Shown: positions 1 to 9,100 of the stretch, one piece after another
Layout of the letters: each line of letters begins with the position of its first letter
How positions within the stretch are numbered: the first letter of the stretch is position 1
Source of the DNA: Myxococcota bacterium
GTDB lineage: Bacteria; Myxococcota_A; Bradymonadia; UBA4248
Assembly: GCA_045599245.1 (NCBI GenBank)
Contig: JAZRVP010000002.1
Span: forward strand, 4,488 to 68,487
Direction of reading: 5' to 3'
DNA length: 64,000 bases
Position numbers and translations under genes: made by a program
The notes under the pieces: model-generated
The model's database searches: none
The model's input: the letters and a program-made list of their open reading frames with translations, nothing else
Told to the model about the DNA's origin: nothing

Positions 1-569
1 ACGGGGCTGTAGCCCTGAGAATGCTTGAGGTATCCGGAATCACCGATTCCTACGAGCACATCGGCTACAGGATGATGCCATGTTGCCGAAACGCCGACGG
101 TATCATAAAAGATTTCGGCGAATTTCATGTCATACAGGCCGAGATCACCGAAGTAGTAATCGAGCGTACCGACCTGCCAAACGACATCTTTGATGAGAAC
201 GTTGCCGGCCAAGGCATAGAGCTGCGTCAGGGAGAACTGTCCAAGTGTTCCGTTGAGCCAATCGGCGGCATGGGCCGATCCGCCCTCGATTTTGGCATGA
301 AGACTTGTCCACACTTCGTTGGTTCCCGGCGTCTGACGTATCAGCTGCAGACGCATCTCAAGGGCCGCCCACTGTGTTTCATTGAGCAATCGACCGGAAA
401 TATTCCACAATCCCAGTTTTGACCAGCCGCCCTGAAAATCCGGACGGGCACCAATTCTGAAATAACCCCCTGCTGAAAATCGATCTTCTTCAGCACTCGC
501 GTTTACAGGTGCTCCCAATGCCACGATCATGGATACCACGGCGGCAAACAACGCTAAAATTCGGCTCAT
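1..569 (-). CDS. putative outer-membrane beta-barrel porin-like protein (5' part; gene continues past window start)
   Basis: Minus-strand ATG at 567-569 opens an uninterrupted frame to position 1 (translated by hand: MSRILALFAAVVSMIVALGAPVNASAEEDRFSAGGYFRIGARPDFQGGWSKLGLWNISG...). It is absent from the ORF track because it has no in-window stop. It has an N-terminal signal peptide and an alternating hydrophobic (beta-strand) pattern. It lies 34 nt downstream of the isoamylase gene on the same strand. Confidence 0.6.
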   Translation of the reverse strand, partial: MSRILALFAAVVSMIVALGAPVNASAEEDRFSAGGYFRIGARPDFQGGWSKLGLWNISGRLLNETQWAALEMRLQLIRQTPGTNEVWTSLHAKIEGGSAHAADWLNGTLGQFSLTQLYALAGNVLIKDVVWQVGTLDYYFGDLGLYDMKFAEIFYDTVGVSATWHHPVADVLVGIGDSGYLKHSQGYSP

Positions 570-603
570 TTTTTTATTCATTATTCCGTCCTGTCTGAAT
601 TCA

Positions 604-3240
604 TTACATCGTTGCAATTACGATCGAGTGATCTTTTACGCCATACGTGCCTGACGTCTTGTTGCTGCCGGACAGCCACACATTATTCGTCGTATTGGCA
701 TTGATACCCTCACCTTTCAGGTATTCATCCGAGTCATAATACCGTTGTGTATCGAGAAGAATCGTCCATTCTCCCTCGGGAAGATGGAACGTTTTGTCGC
801 CGTATTCCATGTTGATCATCACATACAGAGCTTTTGTCTTGTCTGTCGCTGGATAATACATGCCCACCGATTTGCTCTCCCAGCAGCCGACTTCGACATT
901 TTCACACCCATCCGGCCACCACCATTGAACCGACCCGGTGTATTCACTTGGAGCAAGGAATTCTTTGTATTGCTTGCGGATTTTAATCACTTCACGAACG
1001 AAATCGTGCATTCTCACGTTCTCAGGCCGCGAAAGCCAATCACCCCATCTAAACCAGTTCCATTCGTTATCGGCACTGTCTGAATAGGCATCGTTGTTGC
1101 CGTACTGCGATCTCATATACTCATCTCCACCAAGAATTAACGGCGTTCCCGGTGTCATCAGCAAAAACGTAAACGCATTGCGGATCATCTGACGTTTCAG
1201 CTCTTCATGATAGGAATCAATGCAAGCGCCCTGGTTGTCGATATTTTCAATGCACGTCCTTTCACATTCCTCTTTTCTGTCACCCCAGTCTTTGCATTTG
1301 TTATAACAATAATCGCATTCTCCCTTATAACAGTCTCGCTGACACCAGTTATGGGAACGGTTATCCGTCGATCCGTTGTCCGTTTTGCAAAATGCATTGT
1401 AAGGCTGATCACAGCAGATTTGATTGAGTACACTGCAGCCGTTTTGTTTCTCCCAATAGGTCATCACGTCATACAGCGTAAAACCGTCATGAACCGTGAT
1501 CACATTCACGGAATGATACGGTTTTCGGCCATTGCTCGACTGAAACATATTGCTCGAACCCGTCAGGATATTCCCCATATCGACCGTTCGCTGCCAATCC
1601 GGAGAAAGATTCTCGGTTTTATTGAGTTTGACATCGTTATTGATGAAATCACGAACCATATCGCGGAAACGGCCGTTCCATTCACCCCATCCTTTCGTGT
1701 CGTCTTTGGTCGATTTCGGGAAACAGCCATTGACGTAATAACCGCCCCACGGTTCGGCGACAAAACGCGTATGATACTTGTTCAAGACTTCGTCTTCGAT
1801 GATCTCCTGAAGGACTGTCGTTCCCGTGTTGTCAAACCAGTATTTGTTGTCGTAACCGGCATCGCCATAGTCTTTGGTATCACCGTCGTCCGTGACCTGC
1901 TCTTCATGGACGCCAAGTGCCGTTGCAAGGTCGAAACGGAACCCATCGACGTGCATTTCTTCAACCCAGAATCGCAGGTTATCGAGGATCAGACGTTTGC
2001 CAGGCGTATTGTTGCAGCGGAACTGGTTGCCGACACCCGGTTCATCGAGATAACTCTGATTTCTCACGCCGCTCGTATCTTTCTTCAGGTGATAATATTC
2101 TTTGTTGTCAAGCCCTCGGAACGAATACAAAGTCAGAGCCGTTCTGTCGTCAAAATCTTTTTGTGCCCCGTACGAATTGGCCGGATCCTGGACTTTGCTT
2201 CGCCACAAACCGCCTTCACCCGTATGGTTATAGACGACGTCCAATATGACTTCGATGCCGTTCTGATGCAGCTTATCGACCATTTCTTTGAACTCGTCGT
2301 GAACACCGTTCGTCTTGCTCTGATTAATGCTCGTTGCAAAACGCTGTTCCGGGGCAAAGAAAGCAATCGTGTTATAACCCCAGTAACCGCCGTCATCCGG
2401 CTTTTCTGCCACCGGAAGCAGCTCGAGTGCGGTCACGCCGAGATCCTTCAGATAACCAGCCTTTTCACCGATGCCCTTCCAGGTTCCACGATTCTGAACA
2501 TCGTCGAGTGCCCGCATAGTGAACCCTTTGGGATGGGCTTCGTAATAAATGACGTCGTTCTGGGCATGCCCCTCAAAGGCATCGCCTTTCATGCGGTTGG
2601 CACGCCAGACTGCTTCGTTTTCACTCCACTGATACTCGCTCTTGATGACAACCGATTTCGCAGCCCCTTTCCAGTCCGAAATGCCTCGCGCCGAACCTGA
2701 CGCCGGATTGCCTCCGCTGTACCAGTCAAAATCGTGACTAATGCGGCGCGCATACGGATCGAGCAGAAGTTTGTTCGGATTGTACCGGTTGCCTTCCTCG
2801 TCACAGTCCGTGATGTAGCCTTCCGTCGTCCCCGGCTTAAATTTCTCTGTGTACGGCCAGTTCGGACCAAACGCGATATACCCGTAATGCGTCCCCACTC
2901 CGATGCCATACACAAACTGCGTCCAAATCCCGCTCGCTTCATCCTTCGTCATCGGTATCCGCATAACAGGAAGATCCGTATCCGGGTTGTTCGAATCAAA
3001 TATCAAAACTTCGACGCGCGTCGCATGCTTCGCATAAACGGCAAAATTGACCCCCTTGTCGATGATCGTCGGACCAAGATGATCGAACAGCGCATCCCCT
3101 TTCACCCCCTCCAAAGACGGGGCAATTGCCGACGATTCGTACACGTGATGACTGCTCGTTTCATCACAGGATATCCCCATGGCACCAGACAATACCAGTG
3201 AGGCGGCTAATAATACTTTTCCCAAAAAAGCATGTTTCAT
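604..3240 (-). CDS. GH13 glycogen-debranching enzyme / isoamylase (GlgX-type) lipoprotein with Cys-rich insertion
   Basis: ORF 604..3291. The likely start is MKHAFLGKVLLAASLVLSGAMGISC at 3240 (signal peptide + Cys). It has an N-terminal CBM48/E-set-like segment (VNFAVYAKHATRVEVLIFD...). GH13 conserved regions are DVVYNHTGEG, GFRFDLATALG, AEPWG, ITVHDGFTL. Confidence 0.85.
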   Translation of the reverse strand: MKHAFLGKVLLAASLVLSGAMGISCDETSSHHVYESSAIAPSLEGVKGDALFDHLGPTIIDKGVNFAVYAKHATRVEVLIFDSNNPDTDLPVMRIPMTKDEASGIWTQFVYGIGVGTHYGYIAFGPNWPYTEKFKPGTTEGYITDCDEEGNRYNPNKLLLDPYARRISHDFDWYSGGNPASGSARGISDWKGAAKSVVIKSEYQWSENEAVWRANRMKGDAFEGHAQNDVIYYEAHPKGFTMRALDDVQNRGTWKGIGEKAGYLKDLGVTALELLPVAEKPDDGGYWGYNTIAFFAPEQRFATSINQSKTNGVHDEFKEMVDKLHQNGIEVILDVVYNHTGEGGLWRSKVQDPANSYGAQKDFDDRTALTLYSFRGLDNKEYYHLKKDTSGVRNQSYLDEPGVGNQFRCNNTPGKRLILDNLRFWVEEMHVDGFRFDLATALGVHEEQVTDDGDTKDYGDAGYDNKYWFDNTGTTVLQEIIEDEVLNKYHTRFVAEPWGGYYVNGCFPKSTKDDTKGWGEWNGRFRDMVRDFINNDVKLNKTENLSPDWQRTVDMGNILTGSSNMFQSSNGRKPYHSVNVITVHDGFTLYDVMTYWEKQNGCSVLNQICCDQPYNAFCKTDNGSTDNRSHNWCQRDCYKGECDYCYNKCKDWGDRKEECERTCIENIDNQGACIDSYHEELKRQMIRNAFTFLLMTPGTPLILGGDEYMRSQYGNNDAYSDSADNEWNWFRWGDWLSRPENVRMHDFVREVIKIRKQYKEFLAPSEYTGSVQWWWPDGCENVEVGCWESKSVGMYYPATDKTKALYVMINMEYGDKTFHLPEGEWTILLDTQRYYDSDEYLKGEGINANTTNNVWLSGSNKTSGTYGVKDHSIVIATM

Positions 3241-3253
3241 TGGACTGTCCTTA

Positions 3254-5671
3254 TTATTTTGCTTTCCAGATGATGATCTGACGATCACCACTGAGTGTTA
3301 TCGTTGTCGTTTCTGAAATGCTCCGCGTTTCATCCAAAAGATCGACCCAGCCGTTCTGCCCCACTGTGACGCCATGCTCCGTAAGGACATAAGTCTGGTC
3401 ATCATCTCTGTCACTGATCCCCACAAGGATTGACTCCGTCCCGTCACTCACGACATACATGAAGGATCGTTCATAGGCATCCACAACCTGAATCCTGCCC
3501 CGTCTAAAGGCCGGATGTTTGTGGCGAAGCGTTCCAAGAGTCTGAACATGCGCCAGCGTCTGCTTCTGCAATTCATTGAGTGCCCCGTCAAACTCCATCA
3601 TGCGGCGATTGTCCGGATCATTGGCCCCTTCAAGCCCGTATTCATCGCCGTAATAAAGCATCGGTATTCCCGGCGTCGTGAGCAAAAATGTCCACGCCAG
3701 CTTGAGCTGATGATAGGCCCATGCATCCTGAACTTCACTGTTGTTTCCGTACTTTTCCTCGCTGTCGTGATGAATATGAGATATCGCTCTGGCAACATCG
3801 TGATTGCCAAGAAACGTGCTCATCAGCGCATCGCCGTACACATTTTCGTTGTCCAGAATATGATCCTTCAAATTATAAAATAGACCATTGCCGTTCATGA
3901 TCGTGTCTCGAAGCGAATTATAGAGCGGGAAATCAAACTGCCCGTGAAGCATATCGTCCCCGATATACTGCTTGATCTTGTCCTTCCCGTCGAACGTCTC
4001 ACCAACGATATAAAACGTCACTCCGGTTTTCCTGAACAAGTCATCGATACCGGCACGCAAATCACGAATAAACTGTATCGGCATGTGCTTGACGGCATCC
4101 AGTCGGAACCCGTCGATATCCGTTTCCTGGATCAGCCACCGTGCATGGTCAACCACAAATTCCCTCACCTCCGGGATCTCAAAATTGAAGTCCGGAAGAT
4201 TGTCACTAAACCAGCACGTCTCCGGTATCCTGTCCCAATTTTTCTGCGACAGCTTTCCATTTTCTGTCGGCCCTTCGCAAAGAACCGAATCGCGGTTGGC
4301 AACATCCACATAATTAAACCATTCCGGATGCTGCAAATATACGGGACTGTCATCCGCCACGTGGTTGACCGCAAAATCGACAAGCACTCGCATGCCCCTG
4401 TCATGACACGCCTTCACGAGCGACTTGAGCTCGTCCATCGTCCCGAAATGCGGCTCGATCGGCGTGATGAGAACCCCATTGGACGATGAATTGGCATACA
4501 TCGAGGCCGTCTTTTCCGAATACCCCGTCGTCACTGGCCAGTACGAGTGATACGCACACGACTGCCCCAACGGTTTCTGCGTGTTCATGCTCACCGACGA
4601 GAGCCACAAGGTATTCACCCCAAGGCGTTCAAAATATCCATCCTCAACCCTGGCCTTCAAACCGGCAAAATCCCCTCCCTGCCAGTCATACGTGATGCCA
4701 AGCTTGCCGTCATTCGCCGTATTCCCATTGTTGAAGCGATCGATAAAGGCAAAATACAGAACCGCATCCTTCCAGCTAAATTCCGTTTCTTCATTCCAGA
4801 CCGGAACAAACAGAGAAGCTGCCTCAGCCCCGTTGGACGTTTTCAAACTTACAACATAGCTATTTTTCTTCTCCGTCCCAACGTTTTCACTGAAGGAAAG
4901 CTCCTTTCCGCTCTGCGTTTTGACGATCCGGTCGCCTTTTTTGACGACGATTTCGGGACTCTCCGCCAGCTGATACATATCGTCCAGAGTCACAGAAAAC
5001 GACACGCTGCCTTCTGAAACAACCGGTTTTCCCGAAAGAACCAGCTTCGGCTTCACGGCATCCCCACAACTCAGTGCACGAATGCTCAAATTCTCGCCGT
5101 TATCATTGCCGGACGTCTTCCAGCCTCCATCCCCCCACGATGCCACATAAAATTTGTACCCATACGTTCCCGGCTTGAGAAGGAATGAACCGTCAAATAC
5201 GCCATCCGATGTTTCCGTCAGCTGATACTCTCTGTGCTGCCAGCCGTCGAATTCTCCCGTGACAAAAACCTTCTGCCCCTTCGCCTCCGGATTCTCATAG
5301 TGGAATCTGGAATAGCATGCTTCAACCGCCTCACACACACCGGCATTGTCGACATAACCCAGTTCACAGCCGCAAACCGCCTTGTCTCCCTCAACACGGC
5401 ATGTCTGATTAGGCTCCGTACACATCCCGACACAAACGCTTTGCGCCACACACTGTCCGCCCTGTTCCGAATATCCGGTATCACACACAGTGCACGCCCC
5501 ATCGGCATCCGTCGTATATCCCTTTTCACACTGGCAGCGCTCCATTGTCACGTTCATATAACAGCTTCCATGACCACACGCCTTGCTGCACATCGTATAG
5601 GAATCATGACTGTCCTCACAGCCATTCAACACCACTGCGCCAAGCCCTAAAATCCACCACAGTTTCCGCAT
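3254..5671 (-). CDS. GH13 alpha-amylase lipoprotein with N-terminal EGF-like Cys-rich module and CBM48/CBM20-like starch-binding domain
   Basis: ORF 3254..5695. The start is MRKLWWILGLGAVVLNGC at 5671 (lipobox). GH13 regions are VDFAVNH, GFRLDAVKHM, IVGETFDG, FLGNHDVARA. The CBM-like stretch is KVFVTGEFDGWQ...YGYKFYV. The upstream gene lies 13 nt away on the same strand. Confidence 0.85.
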   Translation of the reverse strand: MRKLWWILGLGAVVLNGCEDSHDSYTMCSKACGHGSCYMNVTMERCQCEKGYTTDADGACTVCDTGYSEQGGQCVAQSVCVGMCTEPNQTCRVEGDKAVCGCELGYVDNAGVCEAVEACYSRFHYENPEAKGQKVFVTGEFDGWQHREYQLTETSDGVFDGSFLLKPGTYGYKFYVASWGDGGWKTSGNDNGENLSIRALSCGDAVKPKLVLSGKPVVSEGSVSFSVTLDDMYQLAESPEIVVKKGDRIVKTQSGKELSFSENVGTEKKNSYVVSLKTSNGAEAASLFVPVWNEETEFSWKDAVLYFAFIDRFNNGNTANDGKLGITYDWQGGDFAGLKARVEDGYFERLGVNTLWLSSVSMNTQKPLGQSCAYHSYWPVTTGYSEKTASMYANSSSNGVLITPIEPHFGTMDELKSLVKACHDRGMRVLVDFAVNHVADDSPVYLQHPEWFNYVDVANRDSVLCEGPTENGKLSQKNWDRIPETCWFSDNLPDFNFEIPEVREFVVDHARWLIQETDIDGFRLDAVKHMPIQFIRDLRAGIDDLFRKTGVTFYIVGETFDGKDKIKQYIGDDMLHGQFDFPLYNSLRDTIMNGNGLFYNLKDHILDNENVYGDALMSTFLGNHDVARAISHIHHDSEEKYGNNSEVQDAWAYHQLKLAWTFLLTTPGIPMLYYGDEYGLEGANDPDNRRMMEFDGALNELQKQTLAHVQTLGTLRHKHPAFRRGRIQVVDAYERSFMYVVSDGTESILVGISDRDDDQTYVLTEHGVTVGQNGWVDLLDETRSISETTTITLSGDRQIIIWKAK

Positions 5672-5862
5672 GAATTCATCCTCCGAGCAGAACATACCAA
5701 TCTCATATTGCCTTATAACTTATTTATGCTCAAATTGGTAATTTGTAATTGACCCCAACGCACACACTCAACTCGATTCGACAATTTCTTTTCTCATCCC
5801 GATTCTATGCAGCCGTGACACATCCCAAAGCCCCCATCTCGATTCCATTTTGCCCTTTTTTG

Positions 5863-5990
5863 AGGAGACGTGCGAAGCGCACGTCTCTGCTCGCCTATCG
5901 CGCGCAAACGCGCAATACGGCTCGCAGCGCCCGGCTATTTTGAAGGCAAAATACGCCGGGCGCATTTTATCGGAATGCCGGCGCTTTGCG
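5863..5990. repeat. cluster of GC-rich hairpin repeats in the divergent promoter region (family member R1)
   Basis: Hairpins seen directly: gagacgtgcg-aa-gcgcacgtctc, cgcctatcgcgcg-caaa-cgcgcaatacggc, gcgcccggctattttg-aagg-caaaatacgccgggcgc. Half-sites are shared with the other intergenic repeats. Confidence 0.6.
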
Positions 5991-6155
5991 CCGCCCAACT
6001 CAAATCACCTATTGTTTCCCCACATCCACTCACTTGCATGACATGACCTCGATGTGTTCCATTTCCAGCTTCTTCCTGCTACTATTCTCTTTAGGCACAA
6101 ACCGCCGTGATTTTTTATAAAAGCCGTGTGACACCACATTTCACCAAGGACAATT

Positions 6156-9100
6156 ATGAAAAAATACATCTTTTTATGCGCAGTATTAAGTCTCGGACTT
6201 GTCGGATGCGGCGATGACTCAAACAACACGTCAGACCCCGTCGAAACTTCTCAATGCGGCAACTCAAAAGTCGAAAACGACGAAGCCTGTGATGACGGAA
6301 ACACAAACGCCGATGACGGCTGTTCTGCCGACTGCTCCCAGGTCGAAGACGGCTGGACATGCCCGAAAGAGGGCGGAAAATGCACGAAAAAAGATTCAGA
6401 ACAGGATCCGCCACTCGACGACGACGCCAAATGCGGCGACGGAAAAGTTACCGGCACAGAAGCCTGTGATGACAGCAACACCGATGACGGCGACGGATGC
6501 ACCGCTGACTGCTCAAAAATCGAAGATGGCTGGACATGCCCAAAAGAGGGCGGAAAATGCGCCAAATCCTCCCAATGCGGCAACAAATCAATTGAAGGCG
6601 ATGAAGCCTGTGATGACGGCAACACCGATGACGGAGACGGATGTGCCGCCGACTGCTCAAAAATTGAAGACAACTATCACTGTCCAACCCCCGGTTATCC
6701 ATGCATCCCTAATTCATGCGGCGATGGCATCACCGATACTTCAGCCGGTGAAGACTGCGACGCTGGCGATGAGAACATCGACTATGGCGATGAGAACGCC
6801 TGTTCGGAAAGCTGCCACCCTGCCCATTACTGCGGCGATGGTCTTCTCGATCAAATCGACATCGACAACGGCGAGGAATGCGATGCCGGTTCAGACACTT
6901 CCACTGAATACAACGGCTGCACATACGACTGCATGAGAAATAATTATTGCGGCGATGGCATCATTCAGTCCGCGAACGAACAGTGCGATGACGGAAACGA
7001 AGACGATGGGGACGGGTGTTCCTCAAGCTGCAAAATAGAACCGAATTTCACCTGCATCACTCAGGACGGAAAAAGCGTCTGCAAGTCCCTTTTGTGCGGA
7101 AATGGAAAAATCGACGAAGATACCGCTGAAACCTGTGACGACGGCAACCGTAACAATGGTGACGGTTGCTCCATGATATGCCTCGTCGAACACACTTTCC
7201 GATGTACCACCGACGAAAATACAGGAACATCCAAATGTGAAAGTACATGCGGCGACGGCATTGTCGATAAAGACACCGGTGAAGCCTGCGACGATGGAAA
7301 TACAAACGACGGCGATGGCTGTTCTTCACAATGCACGCTTGACCCCGGCTATGTCTGCAACGGCACACACTGTTTCGCCAGAGCCTGCGGTGACGGCATC
7401 GTCGCCGGACAGGAAGAATGTGACGATAAAAATACCGACTCCGGTGACGGCTGTTCAAAATTCTGCAAACGCGAAGAAAATTATCATTGCGACAAAGCGG
7501 GAGAACTCTGCCAGCTGGATGTCTGCGGCGACGGCCTCGTAACCGGTGACGAAACTTGTGACGAAGGCCATACCGATCATCCCGAGAACAAAACCGATGG
7601 CTGCCTCAATAGTAAGGTTCAGATGGGCTGGAAATGCGACACGGCAGGCACATCCTGTGTCTCCGCAGTCTGCGGAAACGGCATTCTTGAAGGCGCCGAA
7701 ACCTGTGAAATCCCTGACGCTGATCCCTCCGGTTGCTGCTTAGGCTGCGTTATTCAGCCATTCTGCAAGTGTGATACTGATGGTAAAAACTGCGAAAAAG
7801 GTTCTTGCGGCAATGGCAGGCTCGAAGCCGGTGAACAATGCGATGATGGCAATCTCACTGCCGGTGACGGCTGCGATCCCGTCTGTCGCATTGAGTCCAT
7901 CTTTGAATGCACCCGCGACGACGTAAACGGAACGGCTCAATGCCGCCCTGTGTGCGGCGACGGCGTTACCCTCTGGGACCTCGGCCCCGATGGCAAACCG
8001 TTCGAAGAATGCGACGACGGCAATCTCATCAACGGCGACGGCTGTTCAAGCGACTGCAAAATTGAAACTGGCTTCAGCTGCACGGAATTCGACACTTCCA
8101 CCCTCCCACCAACCCTTAACCTGCCAGTCACATACCGCGACTTCAAAGGACGCGGTGACCGCCGCTCCGGCGCTCAGACCGCAGACGCCGTTAACGGATA
8201 CATGGGCACAAACACATACCCCGCTGACTGCAAACCTACCCCTCTTAACGGCGACGGACATCCCGACTTCGGCGTCACTTCTTATGGCGAACTCCAGCAG
8301 GGAAACGTCCTGAACACCCTCGACAAGGACGGAAAACCCGTTCGAAGCGACCTGCGCCTGCGTTCCGCCTACTATGCCTGCAAGGAATCATTCCATGACT
8401 GGTACCGCGACCGCGAAGGCGTCAACTATCCCGTCAAAACTCACATCCCGGTCAACCTCGTCTCCGGTACCAAAAAATACGAGTTCGCAAACTCGGATTT
8501 CCACCCCATCAAAAATGATGGTTTCAACCGCCCCGGTTCCCCAAGCCCCGGCAACGCCGTCGGTTACATGTTCACTTCAGAGCTCAAAACCTATTTCAAA
8601 TACAACGGCAACGAAAGCCTCTCCTTCTACGGAGACGACGATGTCTGGATCTTCATCAATGGCAAACTCGCTGTCGATATTGGCGGCTGCCACGGCTCTC
8701 TGACAGGCACTCTGCAGCTCGACGACAAACGCGGCATCGGCACCGTTCACGTCAACGACCTCAATGGACATGACCACCCTTCCAATAACGTCCAGCTCGA
8801 CATGTATCCCGGCGGCATCTACGAAATGGCTCTCTTCCATGCCGAACGCTGCCAGGGCGGTTCCGCCTTCAAATTCACAATCGACAACTTTGTCAACACG
8901 GGTTCAAGTACATGCCAGTCCAATTGCGGTGACGGCTTCGTTCGCGGCGCTGAAGAATGCGATTATGTGACGAACAATCTCGATAACGTCGAAGAACAGC
9001 ATGCCAACGGATGTAACCACTGCAAAATCGCCCCATGGTGCGGTAATGGCAAGATCGAAGCCGGTGAAGCCTGTGATCCCGGTGCCGAGGAAACGGACTG

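Noticed and set aside
21-422. 133-aa plus-strand ORF at window start
   Set aside because: It is antisense to the hand-translated porin-like gene (1-569, minus), which has a signal peptide and a clean start. It has no other support.
1207-2700. 497-aa plus-strand ORF
   Set aside because: It runs entirely antisense to the well-supported GH13 isoamylase gene. It has no start context or family resemblance. It is a typical shadow ORF.
6199-6936. 245-aa alternate-frame ORF (and many similar ones, e.g. 6251..6673-, 7057..7458-, 8963..9397-, 24609..26024+, 39414..39908-, 50691..51230-) inside the Cys-rich repeat genes
   Set aside because: Repetitive low-stop-codon DNA produces long ORFs in off frames and on the opposite strand. 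Their Ala/Thr/Pro/Ser- or Arg/His/Cys-rich translations are compositional artefacts. The in-frame Cys-repeat proteins explain the sequence.
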